From assembly GCA_964447495.1 (NCBI GenBank), contig CAYUTF010000004.1, positions 1 to 64,000 of the forward strand: a stretch of DNA of 64,000 nt, in the 5' to 3' direction. Source of the stretch: an uncultured archaeon. Its GTDB lineage: Archaea > Asgardarchaeota > Lokiarchaeia > Sigyniarchaeales > SOKP01. This document shows positions 28,364 to 38,687 of this stretch, in pieces. Within the stretch, counting starts at the first letter, position 1, and each line of letters starts with the position of its first letter. Below the pieces are notes generated by a model that worked only from the letters and a program-made list of their open reading frames with translations, made no database searches and was not told the origin of the DNA. A program made the position numbers and the translations under genes.

Positions 28364-29935
28364 ATGAGTTCTGTAAAGTTTTTACATTTAGCAGACATTC
28401 ACTTAGGAAAAAAACAATACAATATTTTACAAAGATATTTTGATTATTTTGAAGCCTTCCGATCAGTATTACATAAAGCAATTGAACAAGAAGTAGATTT
28501 TATTCTAATAAGTGGAGATTTAATTGATAGTGATGAAGGTGTAAATCCTTCTATGTTAAGAGAGATTATTAATATTCTTACTTCTTTTAAAACTGAATGT
28601 ATCAAAAATCTACAAAGAGAAATACCAATAATATGTATTGAAGGAAATCATGAAAATCCTCTTTTCTCTGATCTTACTTGGTTAAAACTAGTGGCAGATT
28701 TAGATTTTATAATTTTACTATCAGGAGATTACGATAATAAAAAAAATCAAATTTCTTTTGAAGAATATTCCTCTACTGCGCATTCGGGTGGTAAGATTGT
28801 AATTAAAAATTGTAGTATTTATGGATTGAACTATTTTGGTAGTGCTACTTCTGATTTACTCCCTCTTTTGGAAAATGCTATTTCGAGGAATGAAAATACT
28901 TTTAATATTTTAATGATGCATTTTGGTATTACTAATTACGATGATAAGAAAACGGGGATAAATTATTCTCCTATTCTTGAAAAGTTACATCAATCAATTG
29001 ATTATTTAGCATTAGGGCACTTCCATAAGCAATATAGTATACCGGACCGTCAACCATGGATTTTTAATCCGGGAAGTCTGGAAGTGAATGAGGTCTCTGA
29101 AACCTTTCAGGAAAGAGGAGCATTTCTGATTGAAGTCTTAGACAATAAGAAAATGCAAGTGAGAAGATTACTATGCGTTGAAGGAAATACAATGGAACGT
29201 CTTTCAATTCCTAATCGAAGGTTCATGGTTTTGAAATATCTTTCGATTGAAGGGCTTAATTCATTCCATGAAGCTCAAGATTACATTATTAGAGAATTAA
29301 CTAAGTATGGTGTACCTCTTAAATCAAATCAAACTCTTGAAAAAACAAACTTAGATAAACCCATTCTCTACTTTGCTGTTGGAGGAGTAATTAGCTATTC
29401 ACAATTAGAAGTGGATTTAACTTCACTCAGAAATAGAATTAATGAAAAATTTGATATTTTAGGATTAAAATTAAGCAACAGACTAATTTCTAGTATGGAC
29501 CAAGAAATAGCCTTTGACAAGGATTTAAGTGTGGAAGATATTGAAAAAGAGATATTCCTCGGAACACTTGATTTAGAAAAGCGTTTTAAACCCTTTAAAG
29601 GACAGATATATGATATATTTCAAAATTTAAAAACGCAATTAGGTGGGAAAATAAATTATAAGAAGATAAAAAGTCAAGTAGAATTATGGATTGTTTCTGA
29701 TAAGGACATCTTCAATCAATTCTTATCTGAAATTAAACATAAAAATGCTCTGACAGAAAAAAAAGAAGAACAGATTTCGCCTAAAAAAAAAGATAGAAAA
29801 AAGAAAAACCAAAAAATTTTAAAAGGTGAGGAAGAGAAGGAAGAAGAACAAGATCTAAGTGATATTGATTACAATGACTTATTCGATGGGGAGGATATTG
29901 ATGATTTAATTGATGATGAGGATTTAGATTTATAA
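28364..29935 (+). CDS. mre11: DNA double-strand break repair nuclease Mre11/SbcD
   Basis: FLHLADIHLG, ISGDL, IEGNHE, MMHFG, YLALGHFH and NPGSLE phosphoesterase motifs; adjacent to rad50. Confidence 0.88.
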   Translation: MSSVKFLHLADIHLGKKQYNILQRYFDYFEAFRSVLHKAIEQEVDFILISGDLIDSDEGVNPSMLREIINILTSFKTECIKNLQREIPIICIEGNHENPLFSDLTWLKLVADLDFIILLSGDYDNKKNQISFEEYSSTAHSGGKIVIKNCSIYGLNYFGSATSDLLPLLENAISRNENTFNILMMHFGITNYDDKKTGINYSPILEKLHQSIDYLALGHFHKQYSIPDRQPWIFNPGSLEVNEVSETFQERGAFLIEVLDNKKMQVRRLLCVEGNTMERLSIPNRRFMVLKYLSIEGLNSFHEAQDYIIRELTKYGVPLKSNQTLEKTNLDKPILYFAVGGVISYSQLEVDLTSLRNRINEKFDILGLKLSNRLISSMDQEIAFDKDLSVEDIEKEIFLGTLDLEKRFKPFKGQIYDIFQNLKTQLGGKINYKKIKSQVELWIVSDKDIFNQFLSEIKHKNALTEKKEEQISPKKKDRKKKNQKILKGEEEKEEEQDLSDIDYNDLFDGEDIDDLIDDEDLDL

Positions 29936-29946
29936 GGTGAAAAAGA

Positions 29947-32667
29947 ATGTTATTAAAAAAAATTGAATTGGAAAATATTAAAACTCATAAGAAAACAGTA
30001 ATCCCTTTCAAGAAAGGGTTAAATGTCTTTCATGGAAATAATGGTACAGGAAAATCAACGGTATTAGAGATGATTGGGTTTACATTATTCGACTATTTAG
30101 AAGGAAGATCCCATGATGTATATGTGAGAGATATTAATAATGATAAACAAGTATTTGGAACTATAAAATTATGGATAATCGGTCTGAATAACGAACCATA
30201 TATTATAGAACGTAATATTGGCAAATCTGAAATAGCAGTATATAATGCTTTAACTAATCGTAAAATAGTTAAGATAGAGAAGATATCTCAGTTAAAAAAG
30301 TGGATCGAAACTCAGATAGGGCTTAGTAAAGGTATTGAACTTGATAAATTATTTAAAACATCAATTGGAATACCTCAAGGAACCTTTATTGACCCTTTCC
30401 AAAGGGAACCTAGAGAAAGAAAGAATTACTTTGATCCAATTTTAAGTTTAAAAATTTATGAAGTTATTTGGAGTGAACTAGGAAAATTAGGAAAAGGAGC
30501 ATATGAGAGACTTTTACATGAGATTAAGGAAGAAATCAGTGAAATCACTGGTGAGATTAAAAATAAGTCGGTTTTAATTAATAACATAGATAAAGTAACT
30601 AAGGATTTTGACGCTTTAGAAATAAAAGTTGGTAAAATAAAAGAAGTGGGAAAAAAGATTAAAGAGAAATTTGATGAGTTAAAAAATTTAAAAGAGGAGA
30701 GTAAAAGTGTTCAAGAAGATTACGAAAAGTTACAGCTTAGAGAAAAAGATGCACAAATAAGGGTTTCTGAATTCATTATTAAATTGAATCAGGTTAAAGA
30801 AGCTAAGCTTATTTGTGATAAAGCAAAGAATAATTATGAGCAATATGAACTACAAACAAAAGAACAGAAGAAACTTGAAGCTGAACTGAGCGATCTTCAA
30901 GAAAAACAAAAAATATTACAAGATTTAAAAACGGACCACTTACATATAGAAAGTGAGAAAAATAATTTAATAAATCAAATTAATGAAGCAAAAGAAGCCC
31001 TCGAAAATAGTATTAAACTTAAAAGCAAATACAATCGATATCAGGAACTTGAAGCAGATTTATTATTAATAAATGAAGATTTGACCCGATTTAAGACTAT
31101 AGATGAGGGTTTAACTAAAAAAAGATCAGATTCAGAAACTTTTAAAAAACAATTAGAGCTATCCCATAAAAAAATTGAATCATTTTCCAAATTAGAAACG
31201 AAGCTTAAAGAATTAGAAACCCTTGAATTAAAAAAAGAGGGTATAAAATTAATTATATCCGATTTAGAAAAAGAAATAGCTTTAATTAATCAAAATTACG
31301 AGTATTTATTAACAGGTAAATGCCCTTTCTTTAATCAAACTTGTAGAAATATTGAAGAGAAGAAATCTGATCCGAAATCTCTTTTAAAACAAGTAAAATA
31401 TAAGAAAGATTTATTGAAAAAAAGCATAGACGAAGTAAAACAATTAGAAAAAGACTTAGAAGCAAAAGAAGAATTTCATATCAAAATTGAGAGTTTAAAA
31501 GAAGTAAGAATTAGATTAGCGATTAATCAAAAACGATTTGAAGAACTAAATGAAGAAATAAAAAAAGAGAATGAATATATAAAAAATAAAGATACTTATT
31601 GGGAAAGAAAGAAGAAATTGGATGATGAGAAGAGAGCCTTAGAAAATTCAATTAATGATTATATCACTTTCAGTAAATTATCTGAGAAGCTTCCTGAATT
31701 AGAAAAAAGAATGAATCCTTTAATGTCAAAATTAGAGGAAATTGAAAAAGTAATGCGTGATATGGAGAAAGAAACCAAAAAATTGGATCAAATTCCCAAA
31801 TTATTCAAAAAAATCCAAGAAGAATTAGCGAATTTAAAGAAAGACTACACATTATATCAAACTCATATTAAGCAAGCAGAAGAACTTCCTAAAATAGAAC
31901 AAGATTATAATTCTAGCCTATCTGCTTTAGAGAACCTCAAATTACAAATACAAGAAAACCAAAAGCTGATAAAAGACTTGAATTCTAAATATGATGAAGC
32001 TGAGTTTCAAAAGTACGAAGAATATTACAGAAAAAACGAGAAAACTAAAACTGAGTTAGAAACACGTATGAATGAACGAAAATTGAGACTAAATGAATTA
32101 AATGAAGAACTTAAAAAAATTGAGGAAATTGAAACTAATTTAGTTAAGTTAAATAAAGAAAAAGATAATTTAGAAGTCCAGCAGTTATTTATTGAAAAAT
32201 TAAGGATGTGGATAAGAGAATTTATCCCGAAAATGAGAAGTGCATTAATAAGCAAGATAAATATTATTGCTTCGGAAATATATAGAGATATAAGAGAGGA
32301 AGAGGATGCGGTTCTCAAATGGCGGGATAATTATGATATTGAAATCGTTACTCCTAAAACTGTTAAAAATTTCTTTAGACTATCTGGAGGAGAGAAAATG
32401 TCAGCAGCATTAGCAGTCCGATTAGCAATACTAAAAGTGCTAACAAATGCTAATTTTGCTTTTTTTGATGAACCCACTACTAATTTAGATGAGACAACCC
32501 GTAAGAATTTGAGTAAATATATTTATAATATAAAAGGGTTTGAACAATTATTTGTTATCTCCCATGATGATTCCTTCAAACGTCACAGTGAATACGTTGT
32601 AAGATTTACTAAAGATGCAAATGAGATTACGCATATCGATTATCTTACTAAGGTTAATGAAGAATGA
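29947..32667 (+). CDS. rad50: DNA double-strand break repair ATPase Rad50/SbcC (SMC family)
   Basis: Walker A GNNGTGKS, Q-loop IPQG, long coiled coil with central CPFFNQTC, signature LSGGE, Walker B/D-loop FFDEPTTNLD and H-switch VISHD. Confidence 0.92.
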   Translation: MLLKKIELENIKTHKKTVIPFKKGLNVFHGNNGTGKSTVLEMIGFTLFDYLEGRSHDVYVRDINNDKQVFGTIKLWIIGLNNEPYIIERNIGKSEIAVYNALTNRKIVKIEKISQLKKWIETQIGLSKGIELDKLFKTSIGIPQGTFIDPFQREPRERKNYFDPILSLKIYEVIWSELGKLGKGAYERLLHEIKEEISEITGEIKNKSVLINNIDKVTKDFDALEIKVGKIKEVGKKIKEKFDELKNLKEESKSVQEDYEKLQLREKDAQIRVSEFIIKLNQVKEAKLICDKAKNNYEQYELQTKEQKKLEAELSDLQEKQKILQDLKTDHLHIESEKNNLINQINEAKEALENSIKLKSKYNRYQELEADLLLINEDLTRFKTIDEGLTKKRSDSETFKKQLELSHKKIESFSKLETKLKELETLELKKEGIKLIISDLEKEIALINQNYEYLLTGKCPFFNQTCRNIEEKKSDPKSLLKQVKYKKDLLKKSIDEVKQLEKDLEAKEEFHIKIESLKEVRIRLAINQKRFEELNEEIKKENEYIKNKDTYWERKKKLDDEKRALENSINDYITFSKLSEKLPELEKRMNPLMSKLEEIEKVMRDMEKETKKLDQIPKLFKKIQEELANLKKDYTLYQTHIKQAEELPKIEQDYNSSLSALENLKLQIQENQKLIKDLNSKYDEAEFQKYEEYYRKNEKTKTELETRMNERKLRLNELNEELKKIEEIETNLVKLNKEKDNLEVQQLFIEKLRMWIREFIPKMRSALISKINIIASEIYRDIREEEDAVLKWRDNYDIEIVTPKTVKNFFRLSGGEKMSAALAVRLAILKVLTNANFAFFDEPTTNLDETTRKNLSKYIYNIKGFEQLFVISHDDSFKRHSEYVVRFTKDANEITHIDYLTKVNEE

Positions 32668-32889
32668 GTTCATTAATTTACACACGATCTTATTCTAAGA
32701 ATTATATTGATTGAGCATAAGGCACAACTCAAGGGAAAAGAATTTACATCTTGAATATCATAGGCATTCCTAAAAGTTTGATGTTTGACCTTTTTTATAT
32801 ATTGATGAGATTTGATAAAAATGTCAAAATTTATATAGTTAACCCGAATACATTTTCATTACCAATCAATCAAAAAAATATATAAATTT

Positions 32890-33207
32890 GTGATGACTAT
32901 GGGCTTATTTATGATGACTGTATGGTATCCTCCCCATAAAGCTCCAGATATGGCAAAACTATATTTAAAGCAACCTAAAAAGCTACCCTTTGTTAGTAAA
33001 TGGAGAGTATTTAATACTTCCGGTGGTTTAAATGGTATAAAGCAATATCATTTAATATATACCGAACGAGGCAAAGCAGAAGAAGCCTTGGTAGAATTAG
33101 AAAAATATTTTATGCCTTTTTTAACTGTTGATGGTTTCAGATACGATATCGAACATTTAATGGGCGTATCTGATGGTTTCAAATTGCTTGGGATGGAATG
33201 GAAATAA
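32890..33207 (+). CDS. Hypothetical protein (about 100 aa)
   Basis: ORF with protein-like composition, followed by a T-rich terminator-like tract. Confidence 0.7.
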   Translation: MMTMGLFMMTVWYPPHKAPDMAKLYLKQPKKLPFVSKWRVFNTSGGLNGIKQYHLIYTERGKAEEALVELEKYFMPFLTVDGFRYDIEHLMGVSDGFKLLGMEWK

Positions 33208-33342
33208 TCATATTTTTAATTTCTTTTTTTTTTAATAGAGGTCCCATATCTTTATATTCACTACGCGTAACCCACTTTTTAGGATAGAGTATCTAAAAAC
33301 GGTCTTCATATATTTAAATATTAGTTTGGTGATTAGTACTAT

Positions 33343-33729
33343 ATGAGGAAAAAGTGGACAATAATTATTAGGACTCCCCTGCTAAGGAAAATACGGGATA
33401 ATTTGAGGGATCTTTGGGTTGCATGGGCAAGAAGTCAGTATGATGACTTATTCAATAAACGCAGAACCTTGGAGCGAAATGAAGACGGAAAGTTGAAAAA
33501 CCTAGATGGGTTTAATCAAGAAGAACGTAAAAAAATTGAAGAATTGGGAGGAAAAATATCTTTGTTGCGTGATATTGAAAATGATTCAATTTGCATATGC
33601 ACTGTTTGCGGAAAAGAACATAGAGATATGACTTATAACCCTGTAGATAAGAGTTGGTACTGTGTGGAATGCTATCACGAAAATCAAGAGTTCTATAAGG
33701 ATACTAAAGAATCCTTTTTATATCCCTGA
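33343..33729 (+). CDS. Hypothetical protein with C-terminal CxxC...CxxC zinc finger
   Basis: CICTVCG...WYCVECY; followed by a T-run. Confidence 0.7.
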   Translation: MRKKWTIIIRTPLLRKIRDNLRDLWVAWARSQYDDLFNKRRTLERNEDGKLKNLDGFNQEERKKIEELGGKISLLRDIENDSICICTVCGKEHRDMTYNPVDKSWYCVECYHENQEFYKDTKESFLYP

Positions 33730-33810
33730 CTTCTTTCTCTTGTTTTGCCATAGGTTTTTTTTTTTCATGTTTATATTAACAAGAATGATTACTAAAGCCC
33801 TTTAATGTAA

Positions 33811-33898
33811 TTTTTTTAATAAAATAATAAAAAGTAAAAAATAAAAAACTTAAATAAAAGGTTATTTTTTTAATTGGGCATAGGAGATTAGCCCATTA
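33811..33898 (-). terminator. Hairpin plus oligo-U tracts downstream of the actin gene
   Basis: Minus strand reads TAATGGGC-TAATCTCCTAT-GCCCAATTA, overlapping the stop codon, followed by several T5-T6 tracts. Confidence 0.45.
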
Positions 33899-35041
33899 GA
33901 AGCATCGGTGTATTACCTGCGGTCCCATCTCCTTATACTCTCGACGGGTAACCCACATGCGATGAAATGTTTTCAGAGAGCTTAAAATTGAGCCACCAAT
34001 CCACACGGAGTACATACGCTCGGGAGGAGCGATAATTTTAACATCAACTGATTCTGGAATTTGTTCTTTAATTTCTTTAGTCAAACGTTCCTTAATTCCA
34101 GGAAACATTGTGGAACCACCAGAGAGCACAATATTGCTGTAAAGATCTCTTCGCAAGTCAACATCACACTCTGAAATAGAACCTACAATCACATCGTCTA
34201 AAGGTTCTAATTCTTTTCCAATAACAGAGGGATTAAAGAAACATTCAGGGGCTAAAAATCGCTCTACGCCAACATTAATTGTTTCTCCATCCGGAAGCAT
34301 ATAGCTCTTCTCCATTCCAGCAACTTTCTTACTAAGCATCATTTCTTTCTCGGGATCTATTGCCACATAGCATAATTTCTCCTTTATATCTCGTACAATT
34401 TCCTTTTCAGCGGATGTAGTGAATGAATAACCTTTTTGTCGAAGCAATCTTTGTAAATAGGTAGTGATATCACGTCCTGCAAGATCAATTCTCTGGATAG
34501 CGTGACTTAAGGCGAATCCTTCGAATATTGGAACAACGTGAGAGACTCCATCTCCAATATCTATAACACATCCAGTAGTACGACCAGAAGCATAAAGAGA
34601 TAAGACTGCTTGCATTGCAACATAGAGAGCAGGCACATTAAATGTTTCAAACATTATTTCGGCCATTTTTTCTCTATTTGGTCTTGGATTTAGAGGAGCT
34701 TCAGTTAAAAGAACGGGATGTTCACTTGGATCAATTCTCAAATCGGTGTAAAAGGTATAATGCCAGATTTTTTCCATAGCGGTCCAATCTTCTATAATAC
34801 CATGCTCGACGGGGAACATTAATTTTAATACACCCTTCAATTGCATAGCTTCTTCACCGATGTAATACTCACGAGTATAATGCTCAACATCAGTCATTAT
34901 AGATTCATATTTTGGATAACCTATAAGTGTAGGAAAAACCGATCGAGGTTGATCTTCACCTGCGAAACCATTCTTGGAAATACCGGTACCATTGTCTACG
35001 ACTAAAGCCTTAGCGTTTAAAAAACTTTCTTCTTCTGCCAT
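33896..35041 (-). CDS. Actin (Lokiactin)
   Basis: [102 protein letters not shown] and C-terminal IHRCF. Colinear with eukaryotic actin. Confidence 0.97.
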   Translation of the reverse strand: MAEEESFLNAKALVVDNGTGISKNGFAGEDQPRSVFPTLIGYPKYESIMTDVEHYTREYYIGEEAMQLKGVLKLMFPVEHGIIEDWTAMEKIWHYTFYTDLRIDPSEHPVLLTEAPLNPRPNREKMAEIMFETFNVPALYVAMQAVLSLYASGRTTGCVIDIGDGVSHVVPIFEGFALSHAIQRIDLAGRDITTYLQRLLRQKGYSFTTSAEKEIVRDIKEKLCYVAIDPEKEMMLSKKVAGMEKSYMLPDGETINVGVERFLAPECFFNPSVIGKELEPLDDVIVGSISECDVDLRRDLYSNIVLSGGSTMFPGIKERLTKEIKEQIPESVDVKIIAPPERMYSVWIGGSILSSLKTFHRMWVTRREYKEMGPQVIHRCF

Positions 35042-35487
35042 ATTTATCTGCCTTATTATTTTTAATTTTTATTGATTTTATGATTTATATTCCAAATGGT
35101 TTTTTTAATTTTTATATGTTTATCAATAATATTATTTTTTATATGTATAATAATATCGATAAATTATAACAAATTAAAATTAAAAATATAATATATTTCG
35201 CATTTATAAATTTTTTTAATACAAAAACTAAATTAAAGCATTACAAAAAGAAATCTATCAATTTCTTTAAAAATCTTCACTCTGTAATTAAGTATTGACA
35301 TTTAATTTGTTGTTCTAATGGATGCCACATAATTTTTGAACAAAATTTGTTATAAAAAAAAAATTAATTTTGATATACAACTGATTTTTTTATCAAAATC
35401 AAACTAGTTCAATTAAAAGATTCAAATGAATTCGCAAATTATATTAATTTAATTATTTAAGTGATTCAATTTTTATTCGATTAAAAA

Positions 35488-36927
35488 ATGGGCTTCAATC
35501 CTCGATATATTAAAGAAAATATATCTCAAATTGGTATTAAAGAAGCAAAGACTCACTTGAAAAGATGGATTAGTGATTCAAATGATCCTCAGCTTAGAAA
35601 TGAAGCTTTAGAAATATATGGTGAGTTGGAACAAGGAAAAGATTATAAATTTTTAGAGGAAATTTTCTTATCGGATGAAGATATAAGTTTAAGATTATTA
35701 TCAGGAAAAATATTAGGAGCTCATTATTTTCAAAACAAAAAACTCATTAAACTTCTCGAGTTTGTTCTATACTCAGCGGAAAACATAAATCAAAAATTCT
35801 TTGCATTGGATCTTTTAGCGAAATTTAATTTAAAAAAATCTCGCAACATAATTCAAGATTTTATGGAAAATGTCATAATTGAAAATTTAAATGGAGAGGC
35901 GAGAGAAAATTTAACAAATTTACCTATTACCGAATATAATATAGACATAAACAATCAAACTTTAGAATTATGTTATAATCTCATCCTTTTTAATTACTAT
36001 AAAAAAGTGTGTGGATATAACGTTACTCTAAGAGATGGATTCATCATTTTATTGAATTGTGAAGGTTCAAATTTAAGAAAAATATCTGATATACCAGGAA
36101 TAAACAAGCTTTACAAATTAGAATATCTTATGCTTAAAAGAAATAAAATATCCGAGATAGATGCTCTAGAATATTTAACAACTTTAAAATTCCTAAATTT
36201 AGCTTATAATCAAATAGAAAAGACAAAAAGTTTAGATTATTTAAGTAAATTAGAGGAACTCATATTAACTGGTAATAAAATTAAAATCGTAGAGAATTTT
36301 AAATTACCAAACCTTAAAAAGCTCTTTTTAGACAAGAATTTGATTTCTGAAATTCGAGATTTAGGAAACTCATTGAAATTGGAGCAACTAAACTTGAGTT
36401 CAAATAATATAAGAAAAATGGTGAATCTTGCAAACTTTCAAAGGTTAAAGGCATTAAATTTATCAAATAATGATATCGAGGTCATATCCGGCCTTGAGAA
36501 TCTTCATAACTTAATCTTTTTAAACTTAAATGATAATAAAATCTCTAAAATTGAAGGTTTGAATCATTTAGTCAATCTTAAATTCCTAAATATCTCTAAT
36601 AATAATATTGCAAAGCTTCAAAATCTAGAAAATGTCCATAACCTCACACACTTAGAAATATCAAAAAATAAAATCTCTAAAATTGAAGGTTTAGATAATT
36701 TAATTAATCTTCAGGAACTTTTCCTTGATAAAAATAATATTACTAAGATCGAGGGTTTGGAAAATCTAAATAGCTTGATTATTTTGTTTTTAGAACGTAA
36801 TGATATTAAAAGCTTTGATTTGAAGGATATAGAACTCTTGAAAAATTTAAATTTTATTTTCTTGAACGAAAATCCATTAGATATAGAGAGTAAGCGTAAT
36901 TATGAAAAACGTACTCGATTTCCATGA
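35488..36927 (+). CDS. Leucine-rich repeat protein (SDS22-like 22-aa repeats) with N-terminal HEAT-like helical region
   Basis: About 12 repeats of LxxLxLxxNxIxxIxxLxxLxx. The identical 26-bp stretch AATAAAATCTCTAAAATTGAAGGTTT occurs at 36535 and 36667, two repeats apart. Confidence 0.88.
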   Translation: MGFNPRYIKENISQIGIKEAKTHLKRWISDSNDPQLRNEALEIYGELEQGKDYKFLEEIFLSDEDISLRLLSGKILGAHYFQNKKLIKLLEFVLYSAENINQKFFALDLLAKFNLKKSRNIIQDFMENVIIENLNGEARENLTNLPITEYNIDINNQTLELCYNLILFNYYKKVCGYNVTLRDGFIILLNCEGSNLRKISDIPGINKLYKLEYLMLKRNKISEIDALEYLTTLKFLNLAYNQIEKTKSLDYLSKLEELILTGNKIKIVENFKLPNLKKLFLDKNLISEIRDLGNSLKLEQLNLSSNNIRKMVNLANFQRLKALNLSNNDIEVISGLENLHNLIFLNLNDNKISKIEGLNHLVNLKFLNISNNNIAKLQNLENVHNLTHLEISKNKISKIEGLDNLINLQELFLDKNNITKIEGLENLNSLIILFLERNDIKSFDLKDIELLKNLNFIFLNENPLDIESKRNYEKRTRFP

Positions 36928-36952
36928 TGCTACCTTAATATATTAATTACGA

Positions 36953-37522
36953 TTAAACTTGATTATTAGCTAAATAATCATCAATCCATATTTCCATTAA
37001 GATCTCATCATAATAACGAGCATTCATATAGAATTGCCTTTTTCTTACTCCCACAATTTTAAATCCCATTTTTTTGTAAAGATGGAGTGCACGTTTATTT
37101 TCAGTAAAACTACTGAGAATAATTTTTTCTTTTTTATTAATTCTTTTTGATTCCCGAATAGCTAGATCAATTAAATGAAAACCAATGCCCAAATTTCGAT
37201 AATCCGATTTTACAATAACTCCAAGCTTACCAATATGAGTGGCAGCATCCCATTCTGAATTTGATATTTCACATTGTCCAAGGATATTAAAAGGTGCTTT
37301 CATATTAGAGTTAACCGCAACGATACATATCTCATTTTCTTTTTTTAGGGAATTAAACCATGAATGTTTTTCATATTGAGATCTCACGGGGAAAAGAACT
37401 GGTAGATAAATTGCTTCATCTATAACTTCATTAAAATTACTCCAGACTCCATCAATATCAGATTCCTCGATATGTCTGATTATAATTCTTTCTCCGTTTT
37501 TTATCTCAATGATCTTTTCCAT
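36953..37522 (-). CDS. GNAT family N-acetyltransferase
   Basis: VKSDYRNLGIG acetyl-CoA motif and ENKRALHLYKKMGF...YYDEILM. Confidence 0.88.
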   Translation of the reverse strand: MEKIIEIKNGERIIIRHIEESDIDGVWSNFNEVIDEAIYLPVLFPVRSQYEKHSWFNSLKKENEICIVAVNSNMKAPFNILGQCEISNSEWDAATHIGKLGVIVKSDYRNLGIGFHLIDLAIRESKRINKKEKIILSSFTENKRALHLYKKMGFKIVGVRKRQFYMNARYYDEILMEIWIDDYLANNQV

Positions 37523-37567
37523 TATTTGAATATAAATTTTTATAATTAAATTCCTTATGGTATTATT

Positions 37568-38029
37568 ATGGATGATAAAAAAGATGATCTACCTTCAGAT
37601 CGAGAGTCAGATGAACGTGAAAAGATAAGAAATTATATCGAAGAGATGACCAAGAAAAAAAAAGCACCTGTAGCAAAAGATTTAGTGCAACTTAAACATG
37701 TAGAGGTAAAAAAACAAAAAGTTGATCAAGAAACTTTGGATTTGGCAAAAACGCTCAAAGAGCAATATATAAAGCATGATCAATTTGAACATCTTTCAAA
37801 TGATGAACTAACGATACTCGAATCTTTTATTGGGGGTAGAATGTTTCTTTCTCGCATAGCAATTGTCGCTAATCAAAGTAGAATCCCCTTAGGAATTGAA
37901 CCTTTTAGAAAAGCAGATTTAGAAAAAGTTCTAAATAGTTTGATTGCAAAAGGTTATGTTGAATTTGAACAAGTAGGAGATCAGCTCGTATATTTTCTTA
38001 CAGAGAGAGGAAAATATCGAGTACAATAA
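37568..38029 (+). CDS. Hypothetical protein with C-terminal winged-helix domain
   Basis: LSNDELTIL...DLEKVLNSLIAKGYVE...VYFLTERGK is a typical wHTH ending. Confidence 0.65.
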   Translation: MDDKKDDLPSDRESDEREKIRNYIEEMTKKKKAPVAKDLVQLKHVEVKKQKVDQETLDLAKTLKEQYIKHDQFEHLSNDELTILESFIGGRMFLSRIAIVANQSRIPLGIEPFRKADLEKVLNSLIAKGYVEFEQVGDQLVYFLTERGKYRVQ

Positions 38030-38042
38030 AAAAGAGGTTGTT

Positions 38043-38357
38043 TTAGTCTTTTTTGAGAATTAATTTACTAATAGGTATATCTTGGAACTCTCCGCTTGGG
38101 AATTCTCTCCTAATAGTTAACGGTAAAATCCCTGCTCTTAACTCTATAAGTGCTATTTTAATAGGATCTATCATGTCTCTAGGTTTATCAACCAATATAG
38201 GAGCACCGTAACTTAATTGTAATGCTCTCGCTCCGGTAATTCTAGCTTTTTCATAACGAGTTAGAAAAATTGAACCAATTTTAACATAGTCTCTAACTTC
38301 TTTATATTTTTTTCTTAGTTCACGAGACTCTAAAAAAGAAGACATAGCTTGTACCAA
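38043..38357 (-). CDS. rpoK: DNA-directed RNA polymerase subunit K (Rpo6)
   Basis: [22 protein letters not shown]...[10 protein letters not shown]...LPLTIRR. Probable start is the ATG at 38345. Confidence 0.95.
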   Translation of the reverse strand: MVQAMSSFLESRELRKKYKEVRDYVKIGSIFLTRYEKARITGARALQLSYGAPILVDKPRDMIDPIKIALIELRAGILPLTIRREFPSGEFQDIPISKLILKKD

Positions 38358-38456
38358 AAATTAGTGATTATAATGTGAAATGTATAATAAAATAAAACTT
38401 TTATGATTCTTACCATGGTTTAAGGGAATAAAGATTTTATACTTATAAAAATTTAA

Positions 38457-38529
38457 TGCGCAAGGGGGGATTCGAACCCCCGAGCTACACGGTGTGAGCG
38501 TGTCGTTATAGCCACTAAACCACTCGCGC
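38457..38529 (-). tRNA. tRNA-Val (anticodon CAC), intron-less, CCA not encoded
   Basis: Minus strand GCGCGAG TG GTTTAGTGGCTATAAC G ACACG CTCACAC CGTGT AGCTC GGGGG TTCGAAT CCCCC CTTGCGC A folds into a cloverleaf. Confidence 0.93.
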
Positions 38530-38687
38530 GAATAACAATAGGACTTTATTTAATAATAAATAGGACTTAAAATTATATTATTAAAAAGTTATTAATAGAA
38601 TTTAAGAGATTCCATTGACTCATTAACTTTATAATATTTAATATTTAGAAAATCATAAAAATTAATAGAGATAATTTTTTAACATTT

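Noticed and set aside
36535-36692. 26-bp exact direct repeat, considered as a CRISPR or mobile-element repeat
   Set aside because: It lies inside the LRR coding sequence at a spacing of 132 bp (two 22-aa repeats), so protein repeat periodicity explains it.
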